Shown here: positions 10,501-23,132 of the stretch, in pieces
Layout: each line of letters begins with the position of its first letter
How positions within the stretch are numbered: position 1 is the first letter of the stretch
NCBI RefSeq assembly: GCF_037042905.1
Contig: NC_087252.1
Location: 21,268,001 to 21,332,000 of the forward strand
Source: Lytechinus pictus
Lineage: Eukaryota
Direction: 5' to 3'
Length of the DNA: 64,000 bases
Notes under the pieces: generated by a model
The model's input: the letters and a program-made list of their open reading frames with translations, nothing else
Told to the model about the DNA's origin: nothing
Databases searched by the model: none
Translations under genes and position numbers: made by a program

Positions 10501-12525
10501 CTAATCACTGTCAGTATCACTCTCACTTACAGTGTTCAACAGGGTTCTATCATAGTTATGATCTACATAGATATGATTATGGTCTTGTTCCAACTGTCCT
10601 TTCATATAGCATTCTTTCGAGTTTATGTCCATTCGCTTCCTTTCGTATAGTCTAAACTTATACAGGCGATGAAGAGCTCTTGCATGCTTGACTTTAATCA
10701 TCTTTGATCTGGCCCTCCAATAATCCCGTCTTTTCTGCATCTCTTTCAGTCTCTTCACGACTCTGGGACTCCGAGACAATCGAACCTTTGCTGCTGCAGT
10801 CTTGGAGAGGATGGATGCCCCTGCTCCGTTATTGGTCAAGCTGATAGCAGAATGATCTCTACCTGCATAGTTCCTGGTAAAGGTTTTAGTCTGCTTTGGC
10901 TGGGTGGTGTTAAATGCACTGTTCATTGACTCACATTTCTGGGTTGTGCTGAGAAGCCTTGATTTTGTTACAGTAGATGGTTTCAGACGATGCATAATAA
11001 CAGTCTCTATTCGTTGTCGATCAAGTTTTGTGAAACATGTTGTTTGTCTAACTCTGAGACTGGAGTAGAAAAATTCAAAGTTACCTCTGCACACATTACT
11101 ATTTATATGACACAATTCATGATTTCCAGTGAAGCAGAGAAGGATAGCTGGCACACACTTGCCAAAATCCACTTTTGATATGTCACCTCTTTTCATTTTT
11201 GCTGCTTCCATTTCAGCCTGAATGCGGTATGCAATGTCATCAGCAAAATTCCTCTGCAGTTTGTGCCGCCCTGTGACATACTTTGCTGGAAAAGCCTGCT
11301 TGCTGAGTTGAATTTTACCAAGCCTTCGTGCCAAGCCTCGGTTCAGGTGAGTGCTACACAGAAGTGACTCTGGGTCTATATTTGCTCTTTCTTTCATTAC
11401 TTTCCTTACCCCTCTTGCGAAGTGACCATCGCTATCTGTAGTTACTGCCCCCAACGTTATGCTTTCTGATCCCTCAAGTAGCATCTCAGCACACCGCTCT
11501 CCTCCAACCTCCTCATCTCCAATGTTTGCAGAGAGTGGTATAGTTGCAGTGCACTTTCCATGATTGGGGCATACAGGCTTCTTTCCCTCCCTGATAAGCC
11601 TTTGCCCGTGCCGACACAGCTTATTTGTTCCATTATATGCTATGATGTACTTTTCATGGGTAACATTTTCAGCTACTGTGTCCCTAGACTGACTTGCTGG
11701 GGCAAAAGGGGTCCTCCGTCGGGCATGGCTTAATGGGGTATTGTATTGGCGATCAATTTCAATGTTTATGGGAGTATCCCTTGCCATTCCCCTGCATTCA
11801 AGTATATCCTTCACTTTTTTCTTTTTTCTGTCCATGTCACTTTTGTTTTCTGCCATCATGATTTGTCCACACGTGTTAGCACTTCTCTGAAGGGAGCTCA
11901 TTGTAGGGGCAGGGGTATTCATAGAGGTAAGCATCCTTGTTACAGCTGCACCAGCAATGTTTGTTTGATAAAGCCCAACTTGGAGCGCCATGTTTGGTAC
12001 AGCCACCTTCCTCCCTGGCCTGTTGCTTTCAATCTCCTTGTATAGTTTTTGGCTGGTGCTCTTGAAATTGCAATTGGTACACTGGAACTGCTCACTTACT
12101 GCTAGTCCTCTAATATTTTCACCTTTCTCACTTATCAACAGATTGGGAGCAAGACAAGAATGACTACTGGCTTGATGTTGACTGATCACTTTATTGAAAC
12201 ACTCTGCCAATTTCTCCATGTCCACAAAGCGATTACCAGTGACATTCCCAGATAAAGATGTTGGCTCTGTGAACTCTTGAACAGGTAAACTTTCTTCCAC
12301 TTTGGGGCGAAGAAGCATTACTGTCTTAACTTGTGTCTCAATGTTGCCTGTCAGTTGATCACCAAGGACTGAAGTTGTTCTTTCCATATCATTGTTTGTC
12401 AGTCGCACATAACTGGTAGACTTCAGCAGTTGCCTTTCACATGACTGGCCTTTATTCCAGGGTTGGTTGTTAACTTTAAAATGTGTCCTTTTCCTTTTAT
12501 TATATGAATCTTTCTTCCTACCCAT
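10501..12525 (-). CDS. DDE transposase, copy 4
   Basis: Identical translation to copy 2. Confidence 0.88.
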   Translation of the reverse strand: MGRKKDSYNKRKRTHFKVNNQPWNKGQSCERQLLKSTSYVRLTNNDMERTTSVLGDQLTGNIETQVKTVMLLRPKVEESLPVQEFTEPTSLSGNVTGNRFVDMEKLAECFNKVISQHQASSHSCLAPNLLISEKGENIRGLAVSEQFQCTNCNFKSTSQKLYKEIESNRPGRKVAVPNMALQVGLYQTNIAGAAVTRMLTSMNTPAPTMSSLQRSANTCGQIMMAENKSDMDRKKKKVKDILECRGMARDTPINIEIDRQYNTPLSHARRRTPFAPASQSRDTVAENVTHEKYIIAYNGTNKLCRHGQRLIREGKKPVCPNHGKCTATIPLSANIGDEEVGGERCAEMLLEGSESITLGAVTTDSDGHFARGVRKVMKERANIDPESLLCSTHLNRGLARRLGKIQLSKQAFPAKYVTGRHKLQRNFADDIAYRIQAEMEAAKMKRGDISKVDFGKCVPAILLCFTGNHELCHINSNVCRGNFEFFYSSLRVRQTTCFTKLDRQRIETVIMHRLKPSTVTKSRLLSTTQKCESMNSAFNTTQPKQTKTFTRNYAGRDHSAISLTNNGAGASILSKTAAAKVRLSRSPRVVKRLKEMQKRRDYWRARSKMIKVKHARALHRLYKFRLYERKRMDINSKECYMKGQLEQDHNHIYVDHNYDRTLLNTVSESDTDSD

Positions 12526-13405
12526 CTTGACTGAATTTGCTTTACTGTTGGGTGACAAGAACCACTGAGTAGTGTGTTTATATGAGATGCATCATACCCC
12601 CATCTCTTTCTCTCTCACACTCACTTAATTGAGCTCTTCTTGTGATTGGTTGAAGGGTATAGTTTATTTGCACTCTTGTATGCATCAGTGAGTTCATACT
12701 ATACTTGCTTTGTTCTGTTCTACCACAAATTAAACCTGATTATCACATTAGAAATCCAAATTTATGATGTTCAAATTTCTGCAATAGACCTGCACAGCCA
12801 CCATGCAATGTATCTCTATCTATTCCTTCCATCCATCCATCCATCCATCCATCCAGTTTCATCCCACCCCCCCCCCCTCTCTCACCCCATCCCCTCTTTC
12901 TCCTCAATATGGTATTAATATTTAATACTCTCTCTCTCTTTATCTCATATATCTTCCTCATTCTCTCTCCATATTAATGTAATGCTCATTAACTCTCCAT
13001 ATTGATATAATGCTCATTAACTGCAAAAGAAAAGACAAATGTTTAAAGTATGCATACAGTACACATTGCTTTATTGTTTTCTTATTATTCATCTGAAAAT
13101 TATTTAAGTATGATGAAGGACATTGCCTTGGGTCATCTAGCACCCGGTTATGATCAGAAATTGTGCATCTTTATACCTCCATGTTGCTAAGTGTATCTGC
13201 TTGTACATTGCATTCATTTATGGGGATACAGTAAGGATTGTGTAAAATACATATAAACATGTACATTTATGGGTTCCATTAAATGAGTCATTACCAAATA
13301 CATTTGAATTATTGGTGCAATTTTTTGTTATAATGTGAGTATGGAGGTGTAAAGGAATAGCAAGGAGGCTGAAATAATGAAAAAAAAGTACACATGAGAC
13401 ATTAC

Positions 13406-13870
13406 AGGCCGCACGGGCCTATTAACATTGGGAAAGCAAGAGATATTCATTCGAGCCAACCCATTGCTATTTTTTTAATTTTGATATGGCTGATTGACAA
13501 AGTGTATGCATATGATTGTCCATCTAACACTGATTCTATTTTTGGTAATTACTGAACTTCCTTTTCCCAAATTGGGAAGAAATATCACCAATTTTGGACT
13601 ATATTCTGACTGGCGGAAGGATTAGGGCTATTTTGCTGTTTGAGGTGATGAATCTGCTCCCCCCGACGGTGTCTTCAAACACGCCAATTTATTTTTAAAA
13701 TGAGCCGGTCGAGGGACCCTTTTCTGGTCAGATATGGATTGCCAGATAAATATCCTATCCACTGGTAGTAAACATTCGACCCCCGAATTTCATCCTTATT
13801 TTTTATGAATTTTTCAAAGTGCCAATTTAACACACGAGTCTATGGGGAATGAGTTAGGCCTGTGGTACCT
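13406..13870. repeat. 465-bp LTDR, copy 3
   Basis: Starts AGGCCGCACGGGCCTA, ends TAGGCCTGTGGTACCT. Confidence 0.75.
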
Positions 13871-14210
13871 ATAGCCAAAATAGGGGAAAATCTCAGTTTT
13901 CAGTAAGTCGATGAAATACGTACTAAAACTTGTCAAAAATACTTATTTTTCACTAATATCCACATTTCAATCATCAGGAGATGCAGTAAAGTGGGAGAAT
14001 TGGGCTAAGCAGGCGGTAAGCAGGTAAGTAACTAAGCTTCTATGTATATAGCCTAACTTAGGGCCTTAGCCTAACTTGTGTGTACATAACTTCATCCACA
14101 TCTACCGACGATTACCGGTACCGGTATGCAGCTGTGCTGTGCTACACTAATTAACGTTAGTTTGATCGCTACCACTGTATACTGAGTTAGATACGGTATA
14201 TTGAGTGATT

Positions 14211-14645
14211 ATGGCTGTTGCTGCAGTTGGCAGAGGAATGGGGAGGAGAGAATTAAAGAATCTGGAAAAGGAAGAATGGTGTCGTCATTACGCAGATAAG
14301 ATTAGAGGGAAGCATAGTGGGGCAGAGGGGGACCCAATATCTCAGTGTTGGATTTTCCATGGGAGGAGCAAGACAGGCTCCAAATATAAGTGTATGGATG
14401 TGACAATACCAGGGATAGGCAAGACTGTGCGCGCAGCACACAGGGTGGCCTATATGACCAGTATTGCCAGGTCTTGGTCCTTGCCATCTGAGCTTGAAGT
14501 GTCCCATTTGTGTTGTGAGCCTGCCTGCGTTAGACCAGCACATTTGGTACTTGAAAGCCATGAGGAAAACATATCTCGACGGAATTGCAATTCTTTGCAA
14601 AGATGTCTTGGGCACGGAACCAGACCATTATGTATCTTTAATTAA
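14211..14645 (+). CDS. His-Me finger endonuclease, copy 3
   Basis: Identical translation. Confidence 0.88.
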   Translation: MAVAAVGRGMGRRELKNLEKEEWCRHYADKIRGKHSGAEGDPISQCWIFHGRSKTGSKYKCMDVTIPGIGKTVRAAHRVAYMTSIARSWSLPSELEVSHLCCEPACVRPAHLVLESHEENISRRNCNSLQRCLGHGTRPLCIFN

Positions 14646-14961
14646 AGTTTGATCCATAAAAGTTAGTATTGCTCCTCCCTTATTTGACTAGGTCCCCCAG
14701 CCCAATGAGGTAGGCTTATTATGGTAGGCTACAACTTTTAGGAATAACTTTGATTTATTTGTTACAATTAGTACAACTTCAATTCTTCATGTGTTTATAG
14801 GCCTGATCTAAATCTAGACCTAATTGACTGTGGGCTAGATAATAAGTTGATGCCAAATAAGAGTTAGAGTTAGTCTCCATGGTCTAAATTTAGCCTGCCC
14901 ATTAGAATGTAGACCATGTCTATATTCTTAGCAGAATTATTGCCTGTAAAAAAGGGAGAGT

Positions 14962-16986
14962 CTAATCACTGTCAGTATCACTCTCACTTACAGTGTTCAA
15001 CAGGGTTCTATCATAGTTATGATCTACATAGATATGATTATGGTCTTGTTCCAACTGTCCTTTCATATAGCATTCTTTCGAGTTTATGTCCATTCGCTTC
15101 CTTTCGTATAGTCTAAACTTATACAGGCGATGAAGAGCTCTTGCATGCTTGACTTTAATCATCTTTGATCTGGCCCTCCAATAATCCCGTCTTTTCTGCA
15201 TCTCTTTCAGTCTCTTCACGACTCTGGGACTCCGAGACAATCGAACCTTTGCTGCTGCAGTCTTGGAGAGGATGGATGCCCCTGCTCCGTTATTGGTCAA
15301 GCTGATAGCAGAATGATCTCTACCTGCATAGTTCCTGGTAAAGGTTTTAGTCTGCTTTGGCTGGGTGGTGTTAAATGCACTGTTCATTGACTCACATTTC
15401 TGGGTTGTGCTGAGAAGCCTTGATTTTGTTACAGTAGATGGTTTCAGACGATGCATAATAACAGTCTCTATTCGTTGTCGATCAAGTTTTGTGAAACATG
15501 TTGTTTGTCTAACTCTGAGACTGGAGTAGAAAAATTCAAAGTTACCTCTGCACACATTACTATTTATATGACACAATTCATGATTTCCAGTGAAGCAGAG
15601 AAGGATAGCTGGCACACACTTGCCAAAATCCACTTTTGATATGTCACCTCTTTTCATTTTTGCTGCTTCCATTTCAGCCTGAATGCGGTATGCAATGTCA
15701 TCAGCAAAATTCCTCTGCAGTTTGTGCCGCCCTGTGACATACTTTGCTGGAAAAGCCTGCTTGCTGAGTTGAATTTTACCAAGCCTTCGTGCCAAGCCTC
15801 GGTTCAGGTGAGTGCTACACAGAAGTGACTCTGGGTCTATATTTGCTCTTTCTTTCATTACTTTCCTTACCCCTCTTGCGAAGTGACCATCGCTATCTGT
15901 AGTTACTGCCCCCAACGTTATGCTTTCTGATCCCTCAAGTAGCATCTCAGCACACCGCTCTCCTCCAACCTCCTCATCTCCAATGTTTGCAGAGAGTGGT
16001 ATAGTTGCAGTGCACTTTCCATGATTGGGGCATACAGGCTTCTTTCCCTCCCTGATAAGCCTTTGCCCGTGCCGACACAGCTTATTTGTTCCATTATATG
16101 CTATGATGTACTTTTCATGGGTAACATTTTCAGCTACTGTGTCCCTAGACTGACTTGCTGGGGCAAAAGGGGTCCTCCGTCGGGCATGGCTTAATGGGGT
16201 ATTGTATTGGCGATCAATTTCAATGTTTATGGGAGTATCCCTTGCCATTCCCCTGCATTCAAGTATATCCTTCACTTTTTTCTTTTTTCTGTCCATGTCA
16301 CTTTTGTTTTCTGCCATCATGATTTGTCCACACGTGTTAGCACTTCTCTGAAGGGAGCTCATTGTAGGGGCAGGGGTATTCATAGAGGTAAGCATCCTTG
16401 TTACAGCTGCACCAGCAATGTTTGTTTGATAAAGCCCAACTTGGAGCGCCATGTTTGGTACAGCCACCTTCCTCCCTGGCCTGTTGCTTTCAATCTCCTT
16501 GTATAGTTTTTGGCTGGTGCTCTTGAAATTGCAATTGGTACACTGGAACTGCTCACTTACTGCTAGTCCTCTAATATTTTCACCTTTCTCACTTATCAAC
16601 AGATTGGGAGCAAGACAAGAATGACTACTGGCTTGATGTTGACTGATCACTTTATTGAAACACTCTGCCAATTTCTCCATGTCCACAAAGCGATTACCAG
16701 TGACATTCCCAGATAAAGATGTTGGCTCTGTGAACTCTTGAACAGGTAAACTTTCTTCCACTTTGGGGCGAAGAAGCATTACTGTCTTAACTTGTGTCTC
16801 AATGTTGCCTGTCAGTTGATCACCAAGGACTGAAGTTGTTCTTTCCATATCATTGTTTGTCAGTCGCACATAACTGGTAGACTTCAGCAGTTGCCTTTCA
16901 CATGACTGGCCTTTATTCCAGGGTTGGTTGTTAACTTTAAAATGTGTCCTTTTCCTTTTATTATATGAATCTTTCTTCCTACCCAT
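14962..16986 (-). CDS. DDE transposase, copy 5
   Basis: Identical translation. Confidence 0.88.
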   Translation of the reverse strand: MGRKKDSYNKRKRTHFKVNNQPWNKGQSCERQLLKSTSYVRLTNNDMERTTSVLGDQLTGNIETQVKTVMLLRPKVEESLPVQEFTEPTSLSGNVTGNRFVDMEKLAECFNKVISQHQASSHSCLAPNLLISEKGENIRGLAVSEQFQCTNCNFKSTSQKLYKEIESNRPGRKVAVPNMALQVGLYQTNIAGAAVTRMLTSMNTPAPTMSSLQRSANTCGQIMMAENKSDMDRKKKKVKDILECRGMARDTPINIEIDRQYNTPLSHARRRTPFAPASQSRDTVAENVTHEKYIIAYNGTNKLCRHGQRLIREGKKPVCPNHGKCTATIPLSANIGDEEVGGERCAEMLLEGSESITLGAVTTDSDGHFARGVRKVMKERANIDPESLLCSTHLNRGLARRLGKIQLSKQAFPAKYVTGRHKLQRNFADDIAYRIQAEMEAAKMKRGDISKVDFGKCVPAILLCFTGNHELCHINSNVCRGNFEFFYSSLRVRQTTCFTKLDRQRIETVIMHRLKPSTVTKSRLLSTTQKCESMNSAFNTTQPKQTKTFTRNYAGRDHSAISLTNNGAGASILSKTAAAKVRLSRSPRVVKRLKEMQKRRDYWRARSKMIKVKHARALHRLYKFRLYERKRMDINSKECYMKGQLEQDHNHIYVDHNYDRTLLNTVSESDTDSD

Positions 16987-17866
16987 CTTGACTGAATTTG
17001 CTTTACTGTTGGGTGACAAGAACCACTGAGTAGTGTGTTTATATGAGATGCATCATACCCCCATCTCTTTCTCTCTCACACTCACTTAATTGAGCTCTTC
17101 TTGTGATTGGTTGAAGGGTATAGTTTATTTGCACTCTTGTATGCATCAGTGAGTTCATACTATACTTGCTTTGTTCTGTTCTACCACAAATTAAACCTGA
17201 TTATCACATTAGAAATCCAAATTTATGATGTTCAAATTTCTGCAATAGACCTGCACAGCCACCATGCAATGTATCTCTATCTATTCCTTCCATCCATCCA
17301 TCCATCCATCCATCCAGTTTCATCCCACCCCCCCCCCCTCTCTCACCCCATCCCCTCTTTCTCCTCAATATGGTATTAATATTTAATACTCTCTCTCTCT
17401 TTATCTCATATATCTTCCTCATTCTCTCTCCATATTAATGTAATGCTCATTAACTCTCCATATTGATATAATGCTCATTAACTGCAAAAGAAAAGACAAA
17501 TGTTTAAAGTATGCATACAGTACACATTGCTTTATTGTTTTCTTATTATTCATCTGAAAATTATTTAAGTATGATGAAGGACATTGCCTTGGGTCATCTA
17601 GCACCCGGTTATGATCAGAAATTGTGCATCTTTATACCTCCATGTTGCTAAGTGTATCTGCTTGTACATTGCATTCATTTATGGGGATACAGTAAGGATT
17701 GTGTAAAATACATATAAACATGTACATTTATGGGTTCCATTAAATGAGTCATTACCAAATACATTTGAATTATTGGTGCAATTTTTTGTTATAATGTGAG
17801 TATGGAGGTGTAAAGGAATAGCAAGGAGGCTGAAATAATGAAAAAAAAGTACACATGAGACATTAC

Positions 17867-18331
17867 AGGCCGCACGGGCCTATTAACATTGGGAAAGCAA
17901 GAGATATTCATTCGAGCCAACCCATTGCTATTTTTTTAATTTTGATATGGCTGATTGACAAAGTGTATGCATATGATTGTCCATCTAACACTGATTCTAT
18001 TTTTGGTAATTACTGAACTTCCTTTTCCCAAATTGGGAAGAAATATCACCAATTTTGGACTATATTCTGACTGGCGGAAGGATTAGGGCTATTTTGCTGT
18101 TTGAGGTGATGAATCTGCTCCCCCCGACGGTGTCTTCAAACACGCCAATTTATTTTTAAAATGAGCCGGTCGAGGGACCCTTTTCTGGTCAGATATGGAT
18201 TGCCAGATAAATATCCTATCCACTGGTAGTAAACATTCGACCCCCGAATTTCATCCTTATTTTTTATGAATTTTTCAAAGTGCCAATTTAACACACGAGT
18301 CTATGGGGAATGAGTTAGGCCTGTGGTACCT
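17867..18331. repeat. 465-bp LTDR, copy 4
   Basis: Same termini and sequence as copy 3. Confidence 0.75.
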
Positions 18332-18671
18332 ATAGCCAAAATAGGGGAAAATCTCAGTTTTCAGTAAGTCGATGAAATACGTACTAAAACTTGTCAAAAA
18401 TACTTATTTTTCACTAATATCCACATTTCAATCATCAGGAGATGCAGTAAAGTGGGAGAATTGGGCTAAGCAGGCGGTAAGCAGGTAAGTAACTAAGCTT
18501 CTATGTATATAGCCTAACTTAGGGCCTTAGCCTAACTTGTGTGTACATAACTTCATCCACATCTACCGACGATTACCGGTACCGGTATGCAGCTGTGCTG
18601 TGCTACACTAATTAACGTTAGTTTGATCGCTACCACTGTATACTGAGTTAGATACGGTATATTGAGTGATT

Positions 18672-19106
18672 ATGGCTGTTGCTGCAGTTGGCAGAGGAAT
18701 GGGGAGGAGAGAATTAAAGAATCTGGAAAAGGAAGAATGGTGTCGTCATTACGCAGATAAGATTAGAGGGAAGCATAGTGGGGCAGAGGGGGACCCAATA
18801 TCTCAGTGTTGGATTTTCCATGGGAGGAGCAAGACAGGCTCCAAATATAAGTGTATGGATGTGACAATACCAGGGATAGGCAAGACTGTGCGCGCAGCAC
18901 ACAGGGTGGCCTATATGACCAGTATTGCCAGGTCTTGGTCCTTGCCATCTGAGCTTGAAGTGTCCCATTTGTGTTGTGAGCCTGCCTGCGTTAGACCAGC
19001 ACATTTGGTACTTGAAAGCCATGAGGAAAACATATCTCGACGGAATTGCAATTCTTTGCAAAGATGTCTTGGGCACGGAACCAGACCATTATGTATCTTT
19101 AATTAA
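18672..19106 (+). CDS. His-Me finger endonuclease, copy 4
   Basis: Identical translation. Confidence 0.88.
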   Translation: MAVAAVGRGMGRRELKNLEKEEWCRHYADKIRGKHSGAEGDPISQCWIFHGRSKTGSKYKCMDVTIPGIGKTVRAAHRVAYMTSIARSWSLPSELEVSHLCCEPACVRPAHLVLESHEENISRRNCNSLQRCLGHGTRPLCIFN

Positions 19107-19422
19107 AGTTTGATCCATAAAAGTTAGTATTGCTCCTCCCTTATTTGACTAGGTCCCCCAGCCCAATGAGGTAGGCTTATTATGGTAGGCTACAACTTTT
19201 AGGAATAACTTTGATTTATTTGTTACAATTAGTACAACTTCAATTCTTCATGTGTTTATAGGCCTGATCTAAATCTAGACCTAATTGACTGTGGGCTAGA
19301 TAATAAGTTGATGCCAAATAAGAGTTAGAGTTAGTCTCCATGGTCTAAATTTAGCCTGCCCATTAGAATGTAGACCATGTCTATATTCTTAGCAGAATTA
19401 TTGCCTGTAAAAAAGGGAGAGT

Positions 19423-21447
19423 CTAATCACTGTCAGTATCACTCTCACTTACAGTGTTCAACAGGGTTCTATCATAGTTATGATCTACATAGATATGATT
19501 ATGGTCTTGTTCCAACTGTCCTTTCATATAGCATTCTTTCGAGTTTATGTCCATTCGCTTCCTTTCGTATAGTCTAAACTTATACAGGCGATGAAGAGCT
19601 CTTGCATGCTTGACTTTAATCATCTTTGATCTGGCCCTCCAATAATCCCGTCTTTTCTGCATCTCTTTCAGTCTCTTCACGACTCTGGGACTCCGAGACA
19701 ATCGAACCTTTGCTGCTGCAGTCTTGGAGAGGATGGATGCCCCTGCTCCGTTATTGGTCAAGCTGATAGCAGAATGATCTCTACCTGCATAGTTCCTGGT
19801 AAAGGTTTTAGTCTGCTTTGGCTGGGTGGTGTTAAATGCACTGTTCATTGACTCACATTTCTGGGTTGTGCTGAGAAGCCTTGATTTTGTTACAGTAGAT
19901 GGTTTCAGACGATGCATAATAACAGTCTCTATTCGTTGTCGATCAAGTTTTGTGAAACATGTTGTTTGTCTAACTCTGAGACTGGAGTAGAAAAATTCAA
20001 AGTTACCTCTGCACACATTACTATTTATATGACACAATTCATGATTTCCAGTGAAGCAGAGAAGGATAGCTGGCACACACTTGCCAAAATCCACTTTTGA
20101 TATGTCACCTCTTTTCATTTTTGCTGCTTCCATTTCAGCCTGAATGCGGTATGCAATGTCATCAGCAAAATTCCTCTGCAGTTTGTGCCGCCCTGTGACA
20201 TACTTTGCTGGAAAAGCCTGCTTGCTGAGTTGAATTTTACCAAGCCTTCGTGCCAAGCCTCGGTTCAGGTGAGTGCTACACAGAAGTGACTCTGGGTCTA
20301 TATTTGCTCTTTCTTTCATTACTTTCCTTACCCCTCTTGCGAAGTGACCATCGCTATCTGTAGTTACTGCCCCCAACGTTATGCTTTCTGATCCCTCAAG
20401 TAGCATCTCAGCACACCGCTCTCCTCCAACCTCCTCATCTCCAATGTTTGCAGAGAGTGGTATAGTTGCAGTGCACTTTCCATGATTGGGGCATACAGGC
20501 TTCTTTCCCTCCCTGATAAGCCTTTGCCCGTGCCGACACAGCTTATTTGTTCCATTATATGCTATGATGTACTTTTCATGGGTAACATTTTCAGCTACTG
20601 TGTCCCTAGACTGACTTGCTGGGGCAAAAGGGGTCCTCCGTCGGGCATGGCTTAATGGGGTATTGTATTGGCGATCAATTTCAATGTTTATGGGAGTATC
20701 CCTTGCCATTCCCCTGCATTCAAGTATATCCTTCACTTTTTTCTTTTTTCTGTCCATGTCACTTTTGTTTTCTGCCATCATGATTTGTCCACACGTGTTA
20801 GCACTTCTCTGAAGGGAGCTCATTGTAGGGGCAGGGGTATTCATAGAGGTAAGCATCCTTGTTACAGCTGCACCAGCAATGTTTGTTTGATAAAGCCCAA
20901 CTTGGAGCGCCATGTTTGGTACAGCCACCTTCCTCCCTGGCCTGTTGCTTTCAATCTCCTTGTATAGTTTTTGGCTGGTGCTCTTGAAATTGCAATTGGT
21001 ACACTGGAACTGCTCACTTACTGCTAGTCCTCTAATATTTTCACCTTTCTCACTTATCAACAGATTGGGAGCAAGACAAGAATGACTACTGGCTTGATGT
21101 TGACTGATCACTTTATTGAAACACTCTGCCAATTTCTCCATGTCCACAAAGCGATTACCAGTGACATTCCCAGATAAAGATGTTGGCTCTGTGAACTCTT
21201 GAACAGGTAAACTTTCTTCCACTTTGGGGCGAAGAAGCATTACTGTCTTAACTTGTGTCTCAATGTTGCCTGTCAGTTGATCACCAAGGACTGAAGTTGT
21301 TCTTTCCATATCATTGTTTGTCAGTCGCACATAACTGGTAGACTTCAGCAGTTGCCTTTCACATGACTGGCCTTTATTCCAGGGTTGGTTGTTAACTTTA
21401 AAATGTGTCCTTTTCCTTTTATTATATGAATCTTTCTTCCTACCCAT
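19423..21447 (-). CDS. DDE transposase, copy 6
   Basis: Identical translation. Confidence 0.88.
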   Translation of the reverse strand: MGRKKDSYNKRKRTHFKVNNQPWNKGQSCERQLLKSTSYVRLTNNDMERTTSVLGDQLTGNIETQVKTVMLLRPKVEESLPVQEFTEPTSLSGNVTGNRFVDMEKLAECFNKVISQHQASSHSCLAPNLLISEKGENIRGLAVSEQFQCTNCNFKSTSQKLYKEIESNRPGRKVAVPNMALQVGLYQTNIAGAAVTRMLTSMNTPAPTMSSLQRSANTCGQIMMAENKSDMDRKKKKVKDILECRGMARDTPINIEIDRQYNTPLSHARRRTPFAPASQSRDTVAENVTHEKYIIAYNGTNKLCRHGQRLIREGKKPVCPNHGKCTATIPLSANIGDEEVGGERCAEMLLEGSESITLGAVTTDSDGHFARGVRKVMKERANIDPESLLCSTHLNRGLARRLGKIQLSKQAFPAKYVTGRHKLQRNFADDIAYRIQAEMEAAKMKRGDISKVDFGKCVPAILLCFTGNHELCHINSNVCRGNFEFFYSSLRVRQTTCFTKLDRQRIETVIMHRLKPSTVTKSRLLSTTQKCESMNSAFNTTQPKQTKTFTRNYAGRDHSAISLTNNGAGASILSKTAAAKVRLSRSPRVVKRLKEMQKRRDYWRARSKMIKVKHARALHRLYKFRLYERKRMDINSKECYMKGQLEQDHNHIYVDHNYDRTLLNTVSESDTDSD

Positions 21448-22327
21448 CTTGACTGAATTTGCTTTACTGTTGGGTGACAAGAACCACTGAGTAGTGTGTT
21501 TATATGAGATGCATCATACCCCCATCTCTTTCTCTCTCACACTCACTTAATTGAGCTCTTCTTGTGATTGGTTGAAGGGTATAGTTTATTTGCACTCTTG
21601 TATGCATCAGTGAGTTCATACTATACTTGCTTTGTTCTGTTCTACCACAAATTAAACCTGATTATCACATTAGAAATCCAAATTTATGATGTTCAAATTT
21701 CTGCAATAGACCTGCACAGCCACCATGCAATGTATCTCTATCTATTCCTTCCATCCATCCATCCATCCATCCATCCAGTTTCATCCCACCCCCCCCCCCT
21801 CTCTCACCCCATCCCCTCTTTCTCCTCAATATGGTATTAATATTTAATACTCTCTCTCTCTTTATCTCATATATCTTCCTCATTCTCTCTCCATATTAAT
21901 GTAATGCTCATTAACTCTCCATATTGATATAATGCTCATTAACTGCAAAAGAAAAGACAAATGTTTAAAGTATGCATACAGTACACATTGCTTTATTGTT
22001 TTCTTATTATTCATCTGAAAATTATTTAAGTATGATGAAGGACATTGCCTTGGGTCATCTAGCACCCGGTTATGATCAGAAATTGTGCATCTTTATACCT
22101 CCATGTTGCTAAGTGTATCTGCTTGTACATTGCATTCATTTATGGGGATACAGTAAGGATTGTGTAAAATACATATAAACATGTACATTTATGGGTTCCA
22201 TTAAATGAGTCATTACCAAATACATTTGAATTATTGGTGCAATTTTTTGTTATAATGTGAGTATGGAGGTGTAAAGGAATAGCAAGGAGGCTGAAATAAT
22301 GAAAAAAAAGTACACATGAGACATTAC

Positions 22328-22792
22328 AGGCCGCACGGGCCTATTAACATTGGGAAAGCAAGAGATATTCATTCGAGCCAACCCATTGCTATTTTTTTAA
22401 TTTTGATATGGCTGATTGACAAAGTGTATGCATATGATTGTCCATCTAACACTGATTCTATTTTTGGTAATTACTGAACTTCCTTTTCCCAAATTGGGAA
22501 GAAATATCACCAATTTTGGACTATATTCTGACTGGCGGAAGGATTAGGGCTATTTTGCTGTTTGAGGTGATGAATCTGCTCCCCCCGACGGTGTCTTCAA
22601 ACACGCCAATTTATTTTTAAAATGAGCCGGTCGAGGGACCCTTTTCTGGTCAGATATGGATTGCCAGATAAATATCCTATCCACTGGTAGTAAACATTCG
22701 ACCCCCGAATTTCATCCTTATTTTTTATGAATTTTTCAAAGTGCCAATTTAACACACGAGTCTATGGGGAATGAGTTAGGCCTGTGGTACCT
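22328..22792. repeat. 465-bp LTDR, copy 5
   Basis: Same termini and sequence as copy 3. Confidence 0.75.
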
Positions 22793-23132
22793 ATAGCCAA
22801 AATAGGGGAAAATCTCAGTTTTCAGTAAGTCGATGAAATACGTACTAAAACTTGTCAAAAATACTTATTTTTCACTAATATCCACATTTCAATCATCAGG
22901 AGATGCAGTAAAGTGGGAGAATTGGGCTAAGCAGGCGGTAAGCAGGTAAGTAACTAAGCTTCTATGTATATAGCCTAACTTAGGGCCTTAGCCTAACTTG
23001 TGTGTACATAACTTCATCCACATCTACCGACGATTACCGGTACCGGTATGCAGCTGTGCTGTGCTACACTAATTAACGTTAGTTTGATCGCTACCACTGT
23101 ATACTGAGTTAGATACGGTATATTGAGTGATT

